A DNA stretch of 64,000 nt from an uncultured Acidimicrobiia bacterium (GTDB taxonomy: Bacteria > Acidobacteriota > Terriglobia > Versatilivoradales > Versatilivoraceae), in assembly GCA_963786955.1 (NCBI GenBank), contig CAWBAT010000006.1:256001-320000 (forward strand), given 5' to 3'. The position numbers and the translations under genes were made by a program. The notes under the pieces are model-generated. The model worked only from the letters and a program-made list of their open reading frames with translations. It made no database searches and was not told the DNA's origin. The stretch's first letter is position 1; every line of letters begins with the position of its first letter. Shown piece after piece: positions 53,460 to 64,000 of this stretch.

Positions 53460-55606
53460 ATGAAAGGTATTGCTCAATGGGGCTTTCGACCAACGCCCCT
53501 TCTCCCAGAGATCCTTAGAGATCGCTGGACAGGAGAACTGCCAAAATGGGTCATATCCGAGCTCAACCTGTTACCTGGATCGTCATTCGGTTCATTAGGA
53601 TCCGGTGTCTGGAAGAATTTTTCTGAAGCCGGAGTATCTGGAAGGATCCGCTCATTTCTGATTAGCGCCATAAGGAACCGCCTTGCGGAAGTAAGCGATC
53701 TCTGCCTCATAAATGAAGTATGGCCGAAGAGTTTGCTGCCCCGAGATGTTCCTTGGTCGGCACGTACAAGGAACTGCTTAGAAAAAGAAGGACTTCTCGA
53801 CGACCCAGCGAGACTCGTGAAGCTTAGGGTAAAAGACCTCTTGCGAATTCATGCTTTTGGGGCAGCATCCGTTTTGGATTTGTCTTGCGTAGCTGAAGCG
53901 GTTCTAACAGCAGGGCGGTCTCGTCCTCCTGAGCCTTCTAATGTGGTGGCCGATATTCTCTATTTGATTGAGCATGATTGGGCTGAACAGATCAGTTCTG
54001 ATGACCCGAGATTTGCAGACATAATTCCGGTTGGAAGTGGGAACTCTATGAACGGGTCGATCGGCTGACTGTTGAACCCCAGGATCCGCCATTGGAGGAG
54101 AATGAGCTTGCTGAGGCAATTCCTGCAATTATTAACCGAATTGATCAGATAAGCTCTTTGAGATTGGAAATCGCTATCATTGAATTAGTAAAAAGCATCT
54201 CACATCTTGAAGGCAAGCGCCTCCATGCGCTGGCAAGACGGCTTGGTGTCGATGGGAAGCCACCCGCAACACTTGAGCACGCGGCAAGTTCAATTGGGTT
54301 AACAAGAGAGAGGATGCGCCAGTTGCAGCAAAAATTTGAAGAGCGGCTCCCGAGACACAATCTTTTTCTGCCTCAACTTGACAAAGCAATAAAGCTCATA
54401 GAAGAAAAAGCTCCTTGTTCAAAGAAACATGTTGAAGAGGTAATACAATCGGTAGGGATAACCAATATCAAGTTTGACGTCGAAAGTATTATTGCTGCTG
54501 CTGAATTAATGAAGAGGCCCATTGCATTCGAGCTGGATGGTTCCCTCAGTCGTGTAAGACGACGAGATTCAGCTAAACTAGAACAATCTATTCGATACGT
54601 TTCTCATCGTCAGGCAAGCGCTTCCGGAGTGAGTAATGCCCATGAAGTTGTTGCTGAAATTGAATCATTAGGACTCTCTGTTACTGAGGCAGACGTCCAC
54701 GAATTCCTTCAGTCGTCACATGAGTTCGAATTTCTCGACTCAAACTGGTACTGGTATCCACCAGCCCCGCCTGATAGAAATAGGCTAAGAAACGTATCCA
54801 GGAAAATGCTCTCCGTTTCAGCTGTGATTCCTTTACCCGATCTCAGAGAAGGAATTAGGCGCCATTATCGAGTACGCACCTCTAGAGGACTTGGGACGTG
54901 GCCTCTCATAGTACCTCCGAAGGCTGTTTTGTTGAATTTCTATAAGTCTCATCCAGAGTTCTCTGTTGACTCTGAGGAGACTGTATCTTCTATTGTACCT
55001 TTGGACTATCGCAGGGAACTTAATTCTACTGAACAAATTCTTGTTGATGCTATTCGATCAACTCCAAGCCAGGTCTTAGACAGGGAAAATCTTGCGAGAC
55101 AATGCATTAACCAGCACGGGATGAACGGAAATACTTTCTCGCAATATTTGTACTCAAGCCCTGTGATAAATCATCTCGGCACGGACCTTTGGTCTTTGCG
55201 TGGTATTCGGATAGATCCGGCTTCTGTGGAAGCAGTTCGTCAAGCTAACGCTCTCAGAACCAGAGAAAAACGCATTGTCGACCACGGCTGGACGGAGGAA
55301 GGTGATCTTTGGATTGTCGCGAGGATTCCCCATGAACCGGCCAGGTTCGTACTTGGAATACCTGCACCAATTCGACATATTCTCGGAGAACAAGAATTCG
55401 TTGCAGTTGAGAACACAGGAGTCCCTTCGGGAATTATTCGGACAAACTCCGAAGGAGTTTCTTATGGATATGGGACCTTCCTAATACGTAGGGGCGCTGA
55501 TGAGAATGACTTACTTCTCGCAAAGTTTCGGCTCTCGCAAAAACAGGTCGAGCTTCAGCTTATCGATGACGATGAATTAGAAGAGATGAGTCCAACTCCC
55601 GACTAA
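53460..55606 (+). CDS. RNA polymerase alpha-CTD-like plus sigma70 region-4-like fusion protein (~715 aa), frameshift near 54040
   Basis: WSARTRNCLEKEG..VKDLLRIHAFGAASVLDL (alpha-CTD HhH) and RRLGVDGKPPATLEHAASSIGLTRERMRQL (region 4.2); no sigma region 2. Confidence 0.75.
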
Positions 55607-55731
55607 CATTTAGTGGCCAAAATATATAGACGACCAGTCCTCCAGGAACGATCATCCTGGCCAACTAGGGCAGTGGCCACCTAACCATTACAACCGTGGC
55701 CGCAGTCTATAGTTACGTTTCCAACGTGACC

Positions 55732-55850
55732 GATCTATTCTAGATCGTGATCGTACGAGACATGTGGCTCACGGGCTTTGACGCGCCGAGCTTGTACACG
55801 ATTTACGCGGAAAAGCCGATGCGCGAACACTGGTTGATGCAATCTGTTGG
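55732..55850 (+). pseudogene. hsdR: Type I restriction subunit HsdR fragment
   Basis: [36 protein letters not shown] matches the HsdR helicase motif V-VI region; in-frame TAG at 55741 and no flanking homology. Confidence 0.8.
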
Positions 55851-55960
55851 CATTGTAAATGATCAAGTCGTTACTTGCCTCCGCCTTGATAAAGTGAAAA
55901 TCAGCCCCAGCGCAGGGAACATACTCAGCGACCCAGCCGCCACCTCGATGCTCAAGCTCG

Positions 55961-56056
55961 TACAAACGCATTATGTATTGTTACGAATTACCCACGCCTC
56001 GCTTTGCTCAGCGTGGCTACCCAAGCGGGATTGTAACGCCAATTTAATGCGTTTGT
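55961..56056. mobile_element. MITE-like ~96-bp element
   Basis: TIRs ACAAACGCATTA ... TAATGCGTTTGT; second, inverted copy at 38911..39015. Confidence 0.75.
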
Positions 56057-56101
56057 TTTAGTTCATCGGGCAATCCAACGAAACAGCAAAGGAGAATCTT
56101 C

Positions 56102-57286
56102 ATGCAATCCCACCACACCAACCGTTACAGGGCCGGTCTTATCGCAGCTCTGACATTGCTGTTCTCCTCCCCGGCTATGGCCGCCGATGGCAAGACGGAA
56201 GGGGGCAACGCTGCGGTGGACCCCTTCGTCGGCCTCCAGCCGGGTCTGGGCAGCTTGCCGCTCCTCGGCCGGGGACGCACCCGGTCGATCTCGGCCGAGA
56301 ACCCGACCGGCGAGAAAGGGAAAGGGCGGCATGGCAATCCCCAATCCGACCGAGCCCAAGCCGGCGGCGAGCGCCCGGGCTGCGGACGACCTCGGCCAGG
56401 GTTGGAAAGTCCGGCCTTTCATCCGAGTCAACGCCGGGAAACGGCGGTACTCATGGATGTGGCCGGCCCGGGGATCATCCAGCACATCTGGATGGTCGAA
56501 GGATCTAAACCGCGGCCTTGTCATCCGGTTCTACTGGGATGGCGAAGAGACTCCATCGGTGGAGTCGCCCGTCCCGGACTTCTTCGCCGTGGGCCACGGC
56601 CGGTTCGCGCCGGTGAATTCCCTGGCGGTCGTGGTCAACCCCGCCAACGCCCTGAATTGTTTCTGGCCGATGCCGTTTCGGACGCGCGCCCGGATCACTC
56701 TGACCAATGAAACCGACGAGGATGTTAGTTGGTGGCCTACCAGATCACCTACGTGGAGACCGAGGTCCCTGCCGCGGCTGGCACCTTCCACGCCCAATAT
56801 CGCCGGGCAACGACGGGAGAGCAGAATCCGTACATAATCCTCGATGGCGTGAAGGGACGGGGTCGCTACGTCGGCACATTCCTGGCCTGGACCCAGATGG
56901 AGAAGGGCTGGTTCGGCGAGGGAGAGATCAAGTTCTACATGGACGGTGACGACCGGTTCCCGACGATCTGTGGCACCGGAACCGAGGATTATTCCTGGGC
57001 AGCTACGGCTTCCCCAACCGTTTACGACGGCCTACTCCGGGACGGTCCTGCCAGCTAACGAGAACAACCCACCGCCCAACTTCTGGAGCCTTTACCGTTG
57101 GCACATTCAGGATCCGATCAATTCGAGCAGGATTTGCGGGTAACGATTCAGGCTCTGGGATGGGGCGGACCCCAATACCGAAAGCTCGGGAAAGACGACA
57201 TCTCCTCGGTCGCTTACTGGTACCAGGTTGAGCCCCATGCACCCTTCCCGAAACTCCCAGCTCTCGCCGAGCGGCTCAGGCCATGA
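56102..57286 (+). CDS. DUF2961 / GH172-like secreted protein, multiple frameshifts
   Basis: TRSISAENPTGEKG, GPGIIQHIW, RFYWDGEETPSVE.P..DFF, NCFWPMPF, WFGEGEIKFYMDGD..PTICGTGTEDY, YRWHIQDP, DDISSVAYWYQ. Confidence 0.88.
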
Positions 57287-57289
57287 TTG

Positions 57290-57692
57290 GCGGGGGAAAT
57301 GAGTCGCCTCCCCCCATCGGGAGAGCGTTTCACCGAATCCGAAGACTCCGAGGCGGGGGGATTTCACGCCTGTGAATAGGACATCCCCCGCAGCCTTGCA
57401 TGAAGGCTTCTCAAGCCTTCATCCCCCTTCCAAGGGGGACTTTTTCAATTCCCCAGGGCGGCGCGCTCAAGCGCTGGCCCTGGGCTACAATCGGTGGCCC
57501 TTACAGGGCCGAAAAGTGGCTCAGCGTCAGGCGTTCTGGTAACCCCTGTGTCATCCACACAAGACAGTAGCAACAGGCCTCCTGGCCTGTTGTCCGGGGC
57601 CAACGGCCCCGGCTACAACAGCAAAACCCCACGACAGGCGTGGACGCCTGTCGCTACAAAAGACTTTCCGGGGCCAGCGGCCCCGGCTACAA
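57290..57692. repeat. REP-like palindrome cluster
   Basis: GTAGCAACAGGCCTCCTGGCCTGTTGTCCGGGGCCAACGGCCCCGGCTACA, ACGACAGGCGTGGACGCCTGTCGCTACA, CCCCCTTCCAAGGGGG. Confidence 0.8.
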
Positions 57693-57705
57693 AAAGCGGT
57701 TGTCG

Positions 57706-58986
57706 CTACTTCAGTAAGAGTCCAGCCTGCTTGCGAAGGTTGAGCTGGTTCTTTTCTTCTTCCAATTTAACATCCAAATATTGTAACCAACGACCGCTCT
57801 CTTCCCGCCGTACTTCTTCCAGCTTGGCAAGTGGAATTTTCCCTTCATCGTAACTGGCTTGGGCAACCTGCAAATTTTCACGAGCAAGCTGAGCCTCCAG
57901 AGCCGCAACCTCTGCTCTGGCTTTAAGAACCTGCAGATTTGCCAATTCGCTTTGCGTCTCCATTCGAATCTGATCGGAGCGTAATTTGATCTTTAGTCTT
58001 GCTTCATCCTGAAGGGCTTGAAGCCGGCGTTTCTCAGGATTCAAGGTCGGGTTAATCAAAGGTACTTGAATCGAGAATCCAATAGTGACGTTATTTCGTT
58101 GAAAGTTGTTAAAGTACTTGTCGTAATTATTAAACGTGCTAAAGAGATCATAGCGTCCGACCAAGTTCACAACCGGACGGAACCAGCCGTTCAAGCCTTC
58201 CTCCGCAACTTGAGACGATTTCTCTTGAAGGCGCAATTGCATGAGGGCTGGATCTCTGTCCAAGGCCGCCAACAGCAATGTCTCTTCTGACCATTCCGCG
58301 GCACTCCCCCCTGGATCCTCCGCTTTCAAGTGTTAAGGAGACGCCCGGCGCCACGCCAGTCGCTTGCCTGAGTTGCTCTTCCAGAAGTTGCAGATTCTTT
58401 TCATTGGTTGTGAGAGTCACTTTAGTCTTTGCCAATTCCAGCTTTGCCCTGGTCAGCTCGCGAGGCTGTGCAACGCCTGCCTCAACCCGGGCTGCGATGA
58501 TTTCGCGCGTTTTTCCAAGGCTTTCCAGTTGAGTTTGGTAATACTGGTGCCGCTCTCGCTGATTCCGTAAATCCAGGAAGATCCGACCGGCTTCCAGCGC
58601 TGCTTTCTGTTGCACGGATTCCACTTCAGCCTGAGAACCTTCTTCCTGAAGTTCAGCAGCATCTGCTTGTTTACGCTGATTACGATCGTAAAGCGTTTGA
58701 ATGTAATTCACATTAAACAAAGAAGGGGCCGCCCCTTCAATACTCAAGGGGAATCCGTAAGTCCCTGCGATACCCGTTCCTACGCTCAAATGGGGACCAA
58801 AAGGCGCTTTTTCCAGATCCCTTCCGGGCAGCGGCAGTCTCATGTGCCTGTTTTGGCTATTTGAACCTGCTGACTCAATTCAGAAGCACGCTCGAGAGTC
58901 CCTTCCAGAGTGAGATTCAAGGACTCAGCTAAACCCAGGCTGGGCAAACTTATCACCATCAACATGAAACCAATGTTCCTATTCAT
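57706..58986 (-). CDS. TolC-family outer membrane protein, frameshifted
   Basis: Signal peptide MNRNIGFMLMVISLPSLGLA; helical repeats ARVEAG..RAKLE and QLARENL..AQASYDEG; beta strands IGFSIQVPL. Confidence 0.78.
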
Positions 58987-60190
58987 ATCTGAGAGCCTCC
59001 ACGGGATTCAGTCGTGAAGCCCGAACCGCAGGCACCATCCCAAAAGTTAATCCCACCCCAAGGGTGACCCCCAAGCCGAGCACAATTGCCAAAGCGGGAA
59101 TCTCGATCCTAACACTGGGGGCAAAAAGTCTTACCAAGTGGGGGACTGTAATTCCCAAAAGGATCCCCACGAGACCTCCACCACCACTCAGAATCAAGGC
59201 TTCAACCAGGAACTCAATGAGCAATACCCTCCGCCTGGCTCCCGCTGCCATTTTGATTCCAATCTCCCTGGTTCTTTCTGTCACCGTAATCAGCATCACG
59301 TTCATGATCCCAATCCCACTCGCCAAGAGAGAGATGCAGGCAATGACTAAGAGAACGAGAGACAGCCCAAGGCTAATCTTATTGGCTGCTTTCAAAATTT
59401 CCGTCAAATTGTCGACTTTGTAAGAAGATTGTTTTCGGTGGCGGAGAGTGAGGAGTTGACGGATTTCCGTGGTTAAAGGGGGCACCCATTCGAGACTTTC
59501 TGCCGAGACATAGATTGCATCCACCGTATCGTTTTGTTTGAAATAGCGGATGACCGACACAGGAATAATCACACTGTGATCTGAAACTTCAGATTCCCCA
59601 AAGGTACTGACCCGCTCACGGAAAACGCCAATGATTGAAAAATTGATTCCATGCAGGGTCAGCGAGCCCTTATAAAAAGGGTCGAGCTGCAATTTGCGAA
59701 AAAGCTGTTCCGTAGCCAGACAGACTTTGCTTCGAGACCGCTCATCCTCCGAATCGATAAATCGACCTTCAAGAACTTGAATACTGCGGACTATCTGGTA
59801 ATCGGGCGTGGTTCCGATCAAGGTAATCATGCGAGGGTTCCCTTTGATTATGACTGAATCATAATCCAGGACCACCGGCGCAGCCTTCCGAACTCCCTCA
59901 TGAATGCCCTGAATGGCCCGGACATCCTCAAAGTTCAGTTTGTCGGAAAGTGTCGTGATGCCGCTCGCCGCTTCAGAAGCCTCATAATAGACATAGATGA
60001 GGTTGGATCCAATGCCTCGAATTTGATCCAGCGTATACTCCCTGCCACTTATCCCGGCGACCACAACCAGAACGAGGGAGGCCGTTCCCATGACCATACT
60101 CAAAGAGGTTAAGGCTGCTCGCCCCCAGTTGCGGCCCAATGCATTAACAGCCGATCGCAGGATTTCAAGAATTGAGAATTTGGGAGTCAC
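58979..60190 (-). CDS. ABC transporter permease, MacB/FtsX family
   Basis: RAALTSL, EGRFI, GIGIMNVMLITVTERTREIGIKMAAGA, PAVRASRLNPVEALRYE. Confidence 0.93.
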   Translation of the reverse strand: MTPKFSILEILRSAVNALGRNWGRAALTSLSMVMGTASLVLVVVAGISGREYTLDQIRGIGSNLIYVYYEASEAASGITTLSDKLNFEDVRAIQGIHEGVRKAAPVVLDYDSVIIKGNPRMITLIGTTPDYQIVRSIQVLEGRFIDSEDERSRSKVCLATEQLFRKLQLDPFYKGSLTLHGINFSIIGVFRERVSTFGESEVSDHSVIIPVSVIRYFKQNDTVDAIYVSAESLEWVPPLTTEIRQLLTLRHRKQSSYKVDNLTEILKAANKISLGLSLVLLVIACISLLASGIGIMNVMLITVTERTREIGIKMAAGARRRVLLIEFLVEALILSGGGGLVGILLGITVPHLVRLFAPSVRIEIPALAIVLGLGVTLGVGLTFGMVPAVRASRLNPVEALRYE

Positions 60191-60192
60191 CG

Positions 60193-61196
60193 TTACTTCC
60201 TTTGATTTTTCATTTGTTGCCTGGCTTCCGCCAAGCCTTTTTGCGAAGGAGAATGGGCAGCGAAAAGGTTGAGAGACTTTTCGAATTTGCCGATCGCTTC
60301 CGCCGGTTGATTGAGCTTAAGATAAAGCTCCCCCAGCCAATAGTAAGCCTCAAACGGATAGGGATTTCCCGAAGAATATAATTTCAGGAAAGCCTCCATC
60401 TCACGGCGTCCGCTCTCCAGATTTCCGCCCGACTCGATTTCAAAACGACCGAATTCAAAGTGAGCGACAGCCGATTCTGGAAATACTTGCACGGCTTTTA
60501 ACCATATTTCCCGCGCCCGGTTTACGTTTTTCTTGTCCTGATAGAACTCAGCCAACGCCAATAATCCTGCGCTGCACGGGGGGGTCAGTGCTGCAGCCTT
60601 TTGAAGCGTTGTCTCCGCCTGTTCGAAGGACTTCTCCTGTTCGCGGATCTGGGCCAATTGCACAAGGTAGTAGCAAGGATGCCGATCCTTGATCTCGTCG
60701 ACGAGGGCTGCGGCCTTCTCTTTTCCTCCACCCAGAAATCCGGGGGCTTCTAGATAATAACTGAGGAGGTCGTCACGGGCATCCAGGTCGTTTGGGTCAA
60801 GATCAACGGCAGTCCGGAAGGCATTGTGCGCCTGTCTCGCCAGAAAGGGCGCCCTAAAGGGGATCGCCTGCTCTGCTTTCCTGCCGAGTGCGCGTCCCAG
60901 CCAGAGGAAATACTGGGAGCTGTCCGGCTTGCCTTTCGAAGCTTTTTCCAGCAAATCTGCAGCCTTGTCGATCTCTCCCGACAAATAAGCGAGCTTGCCT
61001 AATAAAAACCACCCTTCAATTCCCTGCCCGTCAGCCGAAAGAGGTTCTAACAAGCGCGGGCCCGGTTAAAGTCGCCATGATTGAACAACGCCTTGGCCTC
61101 ATCAATGCGGTCGGGCAGTGACAAAGTCGTGGCAAGAGCCGGGAATATCAACAGAACTATGCTCAAGGTGAGCACCGCAGTCTTTGGGCTGTTCAT
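60193..61196 (-). CDS. Exported TPR protein, frameshift near 61060
   Basis: Signal peptide from 61196; TPR repeats (LWLGRALG, AVDLDP, YYWLGELY); YLEAPGFLGGG. Confidence 0.8.
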
Positions 61197-62402
61197 GGGG
61201 CAGGCATTTCTCCGGGGTTGATCACGATGCGGTTGCCTTCTTCCAATCCCTGCAGAATCTCGACTTCCTGCGGAGTGACCATCCCGAGGACGACACGTTT
61301 CAAGACGGTATGGCCCCCAACATCCAGCGACACCGTTGATTGACCCTCGTGGTTAAAGACGGCAGCCCGCGGCACGACAAGCGCACCCGGTTTCCTGCTC
61401 GTCACAATCTGGAGCTTAAGATTGATGTTGGGGATGAGTTCCACCGGGTTGCCTTCCACAGAGCAGAAAACATATCCGACCGATCGATTTCCCAAAGGGA
61501 GCACCTGCTGGGCCGGTTGCTCCACTTTGCCCGGCCAGCGCTTATCGGGCAGGCCGTCCCACTCAATTTCGATCGGCTGCCCCTTCGCTATTCTTCCCAA
61601 GTCTGGCTCGTCAACATAGGCCTTCACGCGAATGTGACCTGGCTCGTAAATCTGAGCTAACAGTTGCCCCTTGCTGACATAGGCCCCCGTGCGGATGTTG
61701 AGACCATAAATCCGCCCGCTCCGGGGGGAAAGAACTGACCCTGACGCCATCTGCATGGTGAGAAGCTCTACTTCTTCACGCAACTCCTTGACTTTGTTTC
61801 CTTCCCATTCCTTTTCCTCGGGAGAGAAGCGGTTTATAAGATGTTGTTTTTTTGCCTGAGAGCCTCAAGGCGAACTTCCAGCAGATTGACCTGGCCGCGA
61901 AGATTCTCGACATCGACACGGGTCGTGGCATCCCGCTTCAGCAGATTTTCTTCCCGCTGAAGATCTTGCCTCTTCTTCCTCAATTCCCACTCCGTCTCTG
62001 AAACAGCCGATTCGATTCCTGCCATTTCATCCTTCGGCGGACCCGCTAAGACGGGCTGAGCCTGGCGTTGCGCCTGCAGCAGAGCGGCCTTTGCGCTGGC
62101 CAGTGACATTGCCAATTGGTCTGATTCCACCTGCAGGAGTCGCTCGCCTTTCACGACAAGATCGCCTTCCTGATGGGACAAAAGCCTGACAATGCCGTCA
62201 AAAGGCGCCAGCACATCGGATCTTTCGATTGGCTCGACTACCCCATTGGTGCTGATGACCGATTTGAGTTCGCGCCGGCTCACGTTGGCTGTCATCAAAT
62301 TCGAGTCGCTCCCATTTCTCCTATAAAAATGAATACCCTCCCCAAAGGGAAAGAAGAATGAGCGCGAGCAAGCCAACGAAGAAGAATTTTCTTACGTGTC
62401 AT
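61193..62402 (-). CDS. Efflux periplasmic adaptor (membrane fusion protein), frameshifted
   Basis: Lipoyl halves VLAPFDG..EGDLVVKGERL and SPRSG..GAYVSKGQLL; coiled coil; VDEPDLG, VVPRAAV, EILQGLEEG. Confidence 0.85.
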
Positions 62403-62600
62403 GAGTTATGAAAAGTCCGAGTCATCCTGCAAGTCAAAGGCGACTGTCTAAAATTCCAACTCGTCATAGGAACGCTCAAGAGATGGTAATTATCCCGACT
62501 CGAGCGCGAGACAATCTCAGGCTGAAGCTTTTTGAGCAATGAATTTCTGCATCCGATTTCATTGGGAAAAGGATGCGGAAGAGAGATCACAGGATCGTTA

Positions 62601-64000
62601 TCACGGGACATTCGTGAAGACAAACTTACCCCCACTGGAAGCGAAAACGGTGAGATTTCCAAGGAACTGCTCCAGCCGGGGGCGCGATGTTGCGGGGGCC
62701 ACGAGATAGAGTCGTTGTGGCCCCTTCCACAATTGAGCCAACTCAGGATCCTCAATAAATACAGGAGGGGCGAGCGGCGCCGCAGATCCATAGACGAGAT
62801 TATCAGCCCTTCCATTGAGAAGCAAGGCTGGAAGACCCGTATAAAAACCTACGGAAGACGCCGGATAATAATGCCCCTCGAGAATCAGCTTCCCTTCCGG
62901 GCCAGAAGTAATGGCTTCCGCCAGCGGGCGCGAAGACAGATAGGGGTCAAATACCGCCATCGCCCATCTGGCTGCATGAAAAAAAAGAATCATCATCGCC
63001 GCCAGGCACAACGGCCCCAACCAATGGCGCCGAGAAAACCAGGCGCCTAGAGTGCCGCCTACGAATGCGAGAGCGGCCAGCAGGAGTGGACCGCGCAGAT
63101 AGGCAAAAGAAGCAATGGTCAAATCGTGCAGATGTCCCATTGACAAAGTGTAAGTTTCGGGATGTTGGGTGAGAGCCGTCGAAATATCGCCTACCACAAC
63201 GACTCCACGGCTCATCGAATAGGAGGATACAGGACACCACTCCGAAAAGGACTCCGACAAAGACCAGTACTCCGTAGCCGATCGGAACCCATCGGTTGGC
63301 TCCGATGGCCAGTGCCGCCCCGACGAGAATGGCAAAGGCCGGATAACAGGGCATGCTGTAATACTCTTGGGTTGTCGAAAAACTCAGAAAGGTGAGCAAA
63401 AACACAATCCAGACGATCACGAGCAGTCGAAGGCTTTTTGTACGGACAGTCCTTTCATCTCGGGAAGAAAATAAGGCCGCTGGCAGAAATACACTCCATG
63501 GAAAGATCCACACCAAGTGCAAGAGCAGGAAAGCAAGCCGCGGAACGGTATTGTAGTCTCGCGGATAGCGCAAATTCAGGAATCGTAAGATATGTTCGTT
63601 GATGAAATAAAACCATAGGAACCCGTGGTACACACCCGGTTCGCTCCGGAATGTGAAATCAAAAATCGGAGGGTTTCGCCAGGCCGCCAGGATCACCCAT
63701 GGCAAGTAGATCGCCAGCATGAGTCCGATTCCCGATACTGGACGGAGCAGAGCCCAAGTCCGGCGAATGAAGAATCTTCTCTGGATGAGAAGAAATACCG
63801 TTGCGGTGGCCACCGGGACGAGCACCGCCAGCAATCCCTTGAGCAACAAACCCGCCCCCAGGGATACCCAGAATCCATAGGCCCAAGCTTTCTTTTCATC
63901 GATGACGGTTCGAAGGAAACAATACAACGCAACGGTGATCGCCAGGGTGAGCAGTACGTCCGGGATCATGAATCGCGTGAACAGAGAATAATCCCACACT
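62601..64000 (-). CDS. ArnT/GT39-like membrane glycosyltransferase, frameshifted, truncated by the window edge
   Basis: PDVLLT, GLLLKG, LPW, FINEHILRF, FPWS, QEYYSMPCYPAFA. Confidence 0.82.

Noticed and set aside
54092-55606. Functional sigma factor
   Set aside because: Only a region-4-like HTH is visible; there is no region 2 for core binding or -10 melting.
3600-57700. CRISPR array among the recurring palindromic repeats
   Set aside because: The repeats are dispersed, with no regular repeat-spacer period and no cas genes.

Overview
This is a bacterial chromosome segment whose gene content points to Acidobacteriota (inference: Oar-like TonB-dependent receptors, TIGR02999-type ECF sigma, SBBP proteins, MacB-type permease). 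About 20 otherwise intact genes carry single-base frameshifts, often in homopolymers, which looks like long-read indel error rather than pseudogenisation. In order it holds: a TBDR 3' end, ECF sigma and FG-GAP protein; vapBC between ~290-bp direct repeats; recCBD; a Mesh1-like HD hydrolase, msrB and a Moco oxidoreductase; an ECF sigma/anti-sigma/TBDR/SBBP cluster with a duplicated promoter motif; an sxtIJK-like carbamoyltransferase trio; glycan-related genes; an arsenic cluster (arsS, AhpD-like, aquaporin, acr3, arsC, arsR with operators); and a Cys-rich leader ORF before a TBDR. An accessory region at ~47.5-56 kb contains an integron-type cassette with attC, a 242-bp duplicate of the TBDR 3' end, and a three-gene module (MORC/GHKL ATPase, wHTH protein, RNAP alpha-CTD/sigma70-region-4 fusion) lying between type I R-M remnants. 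That module is the best candidate for an undescribed system. The window ends with DUF2961, a TolC/MacB/TPR/adaptor operon and an ArnT-like gene. Intergenic DNA is dense with REP-like palindromes and MITE-like composites. All calls come from reading motifs by eye; no database searches were run.
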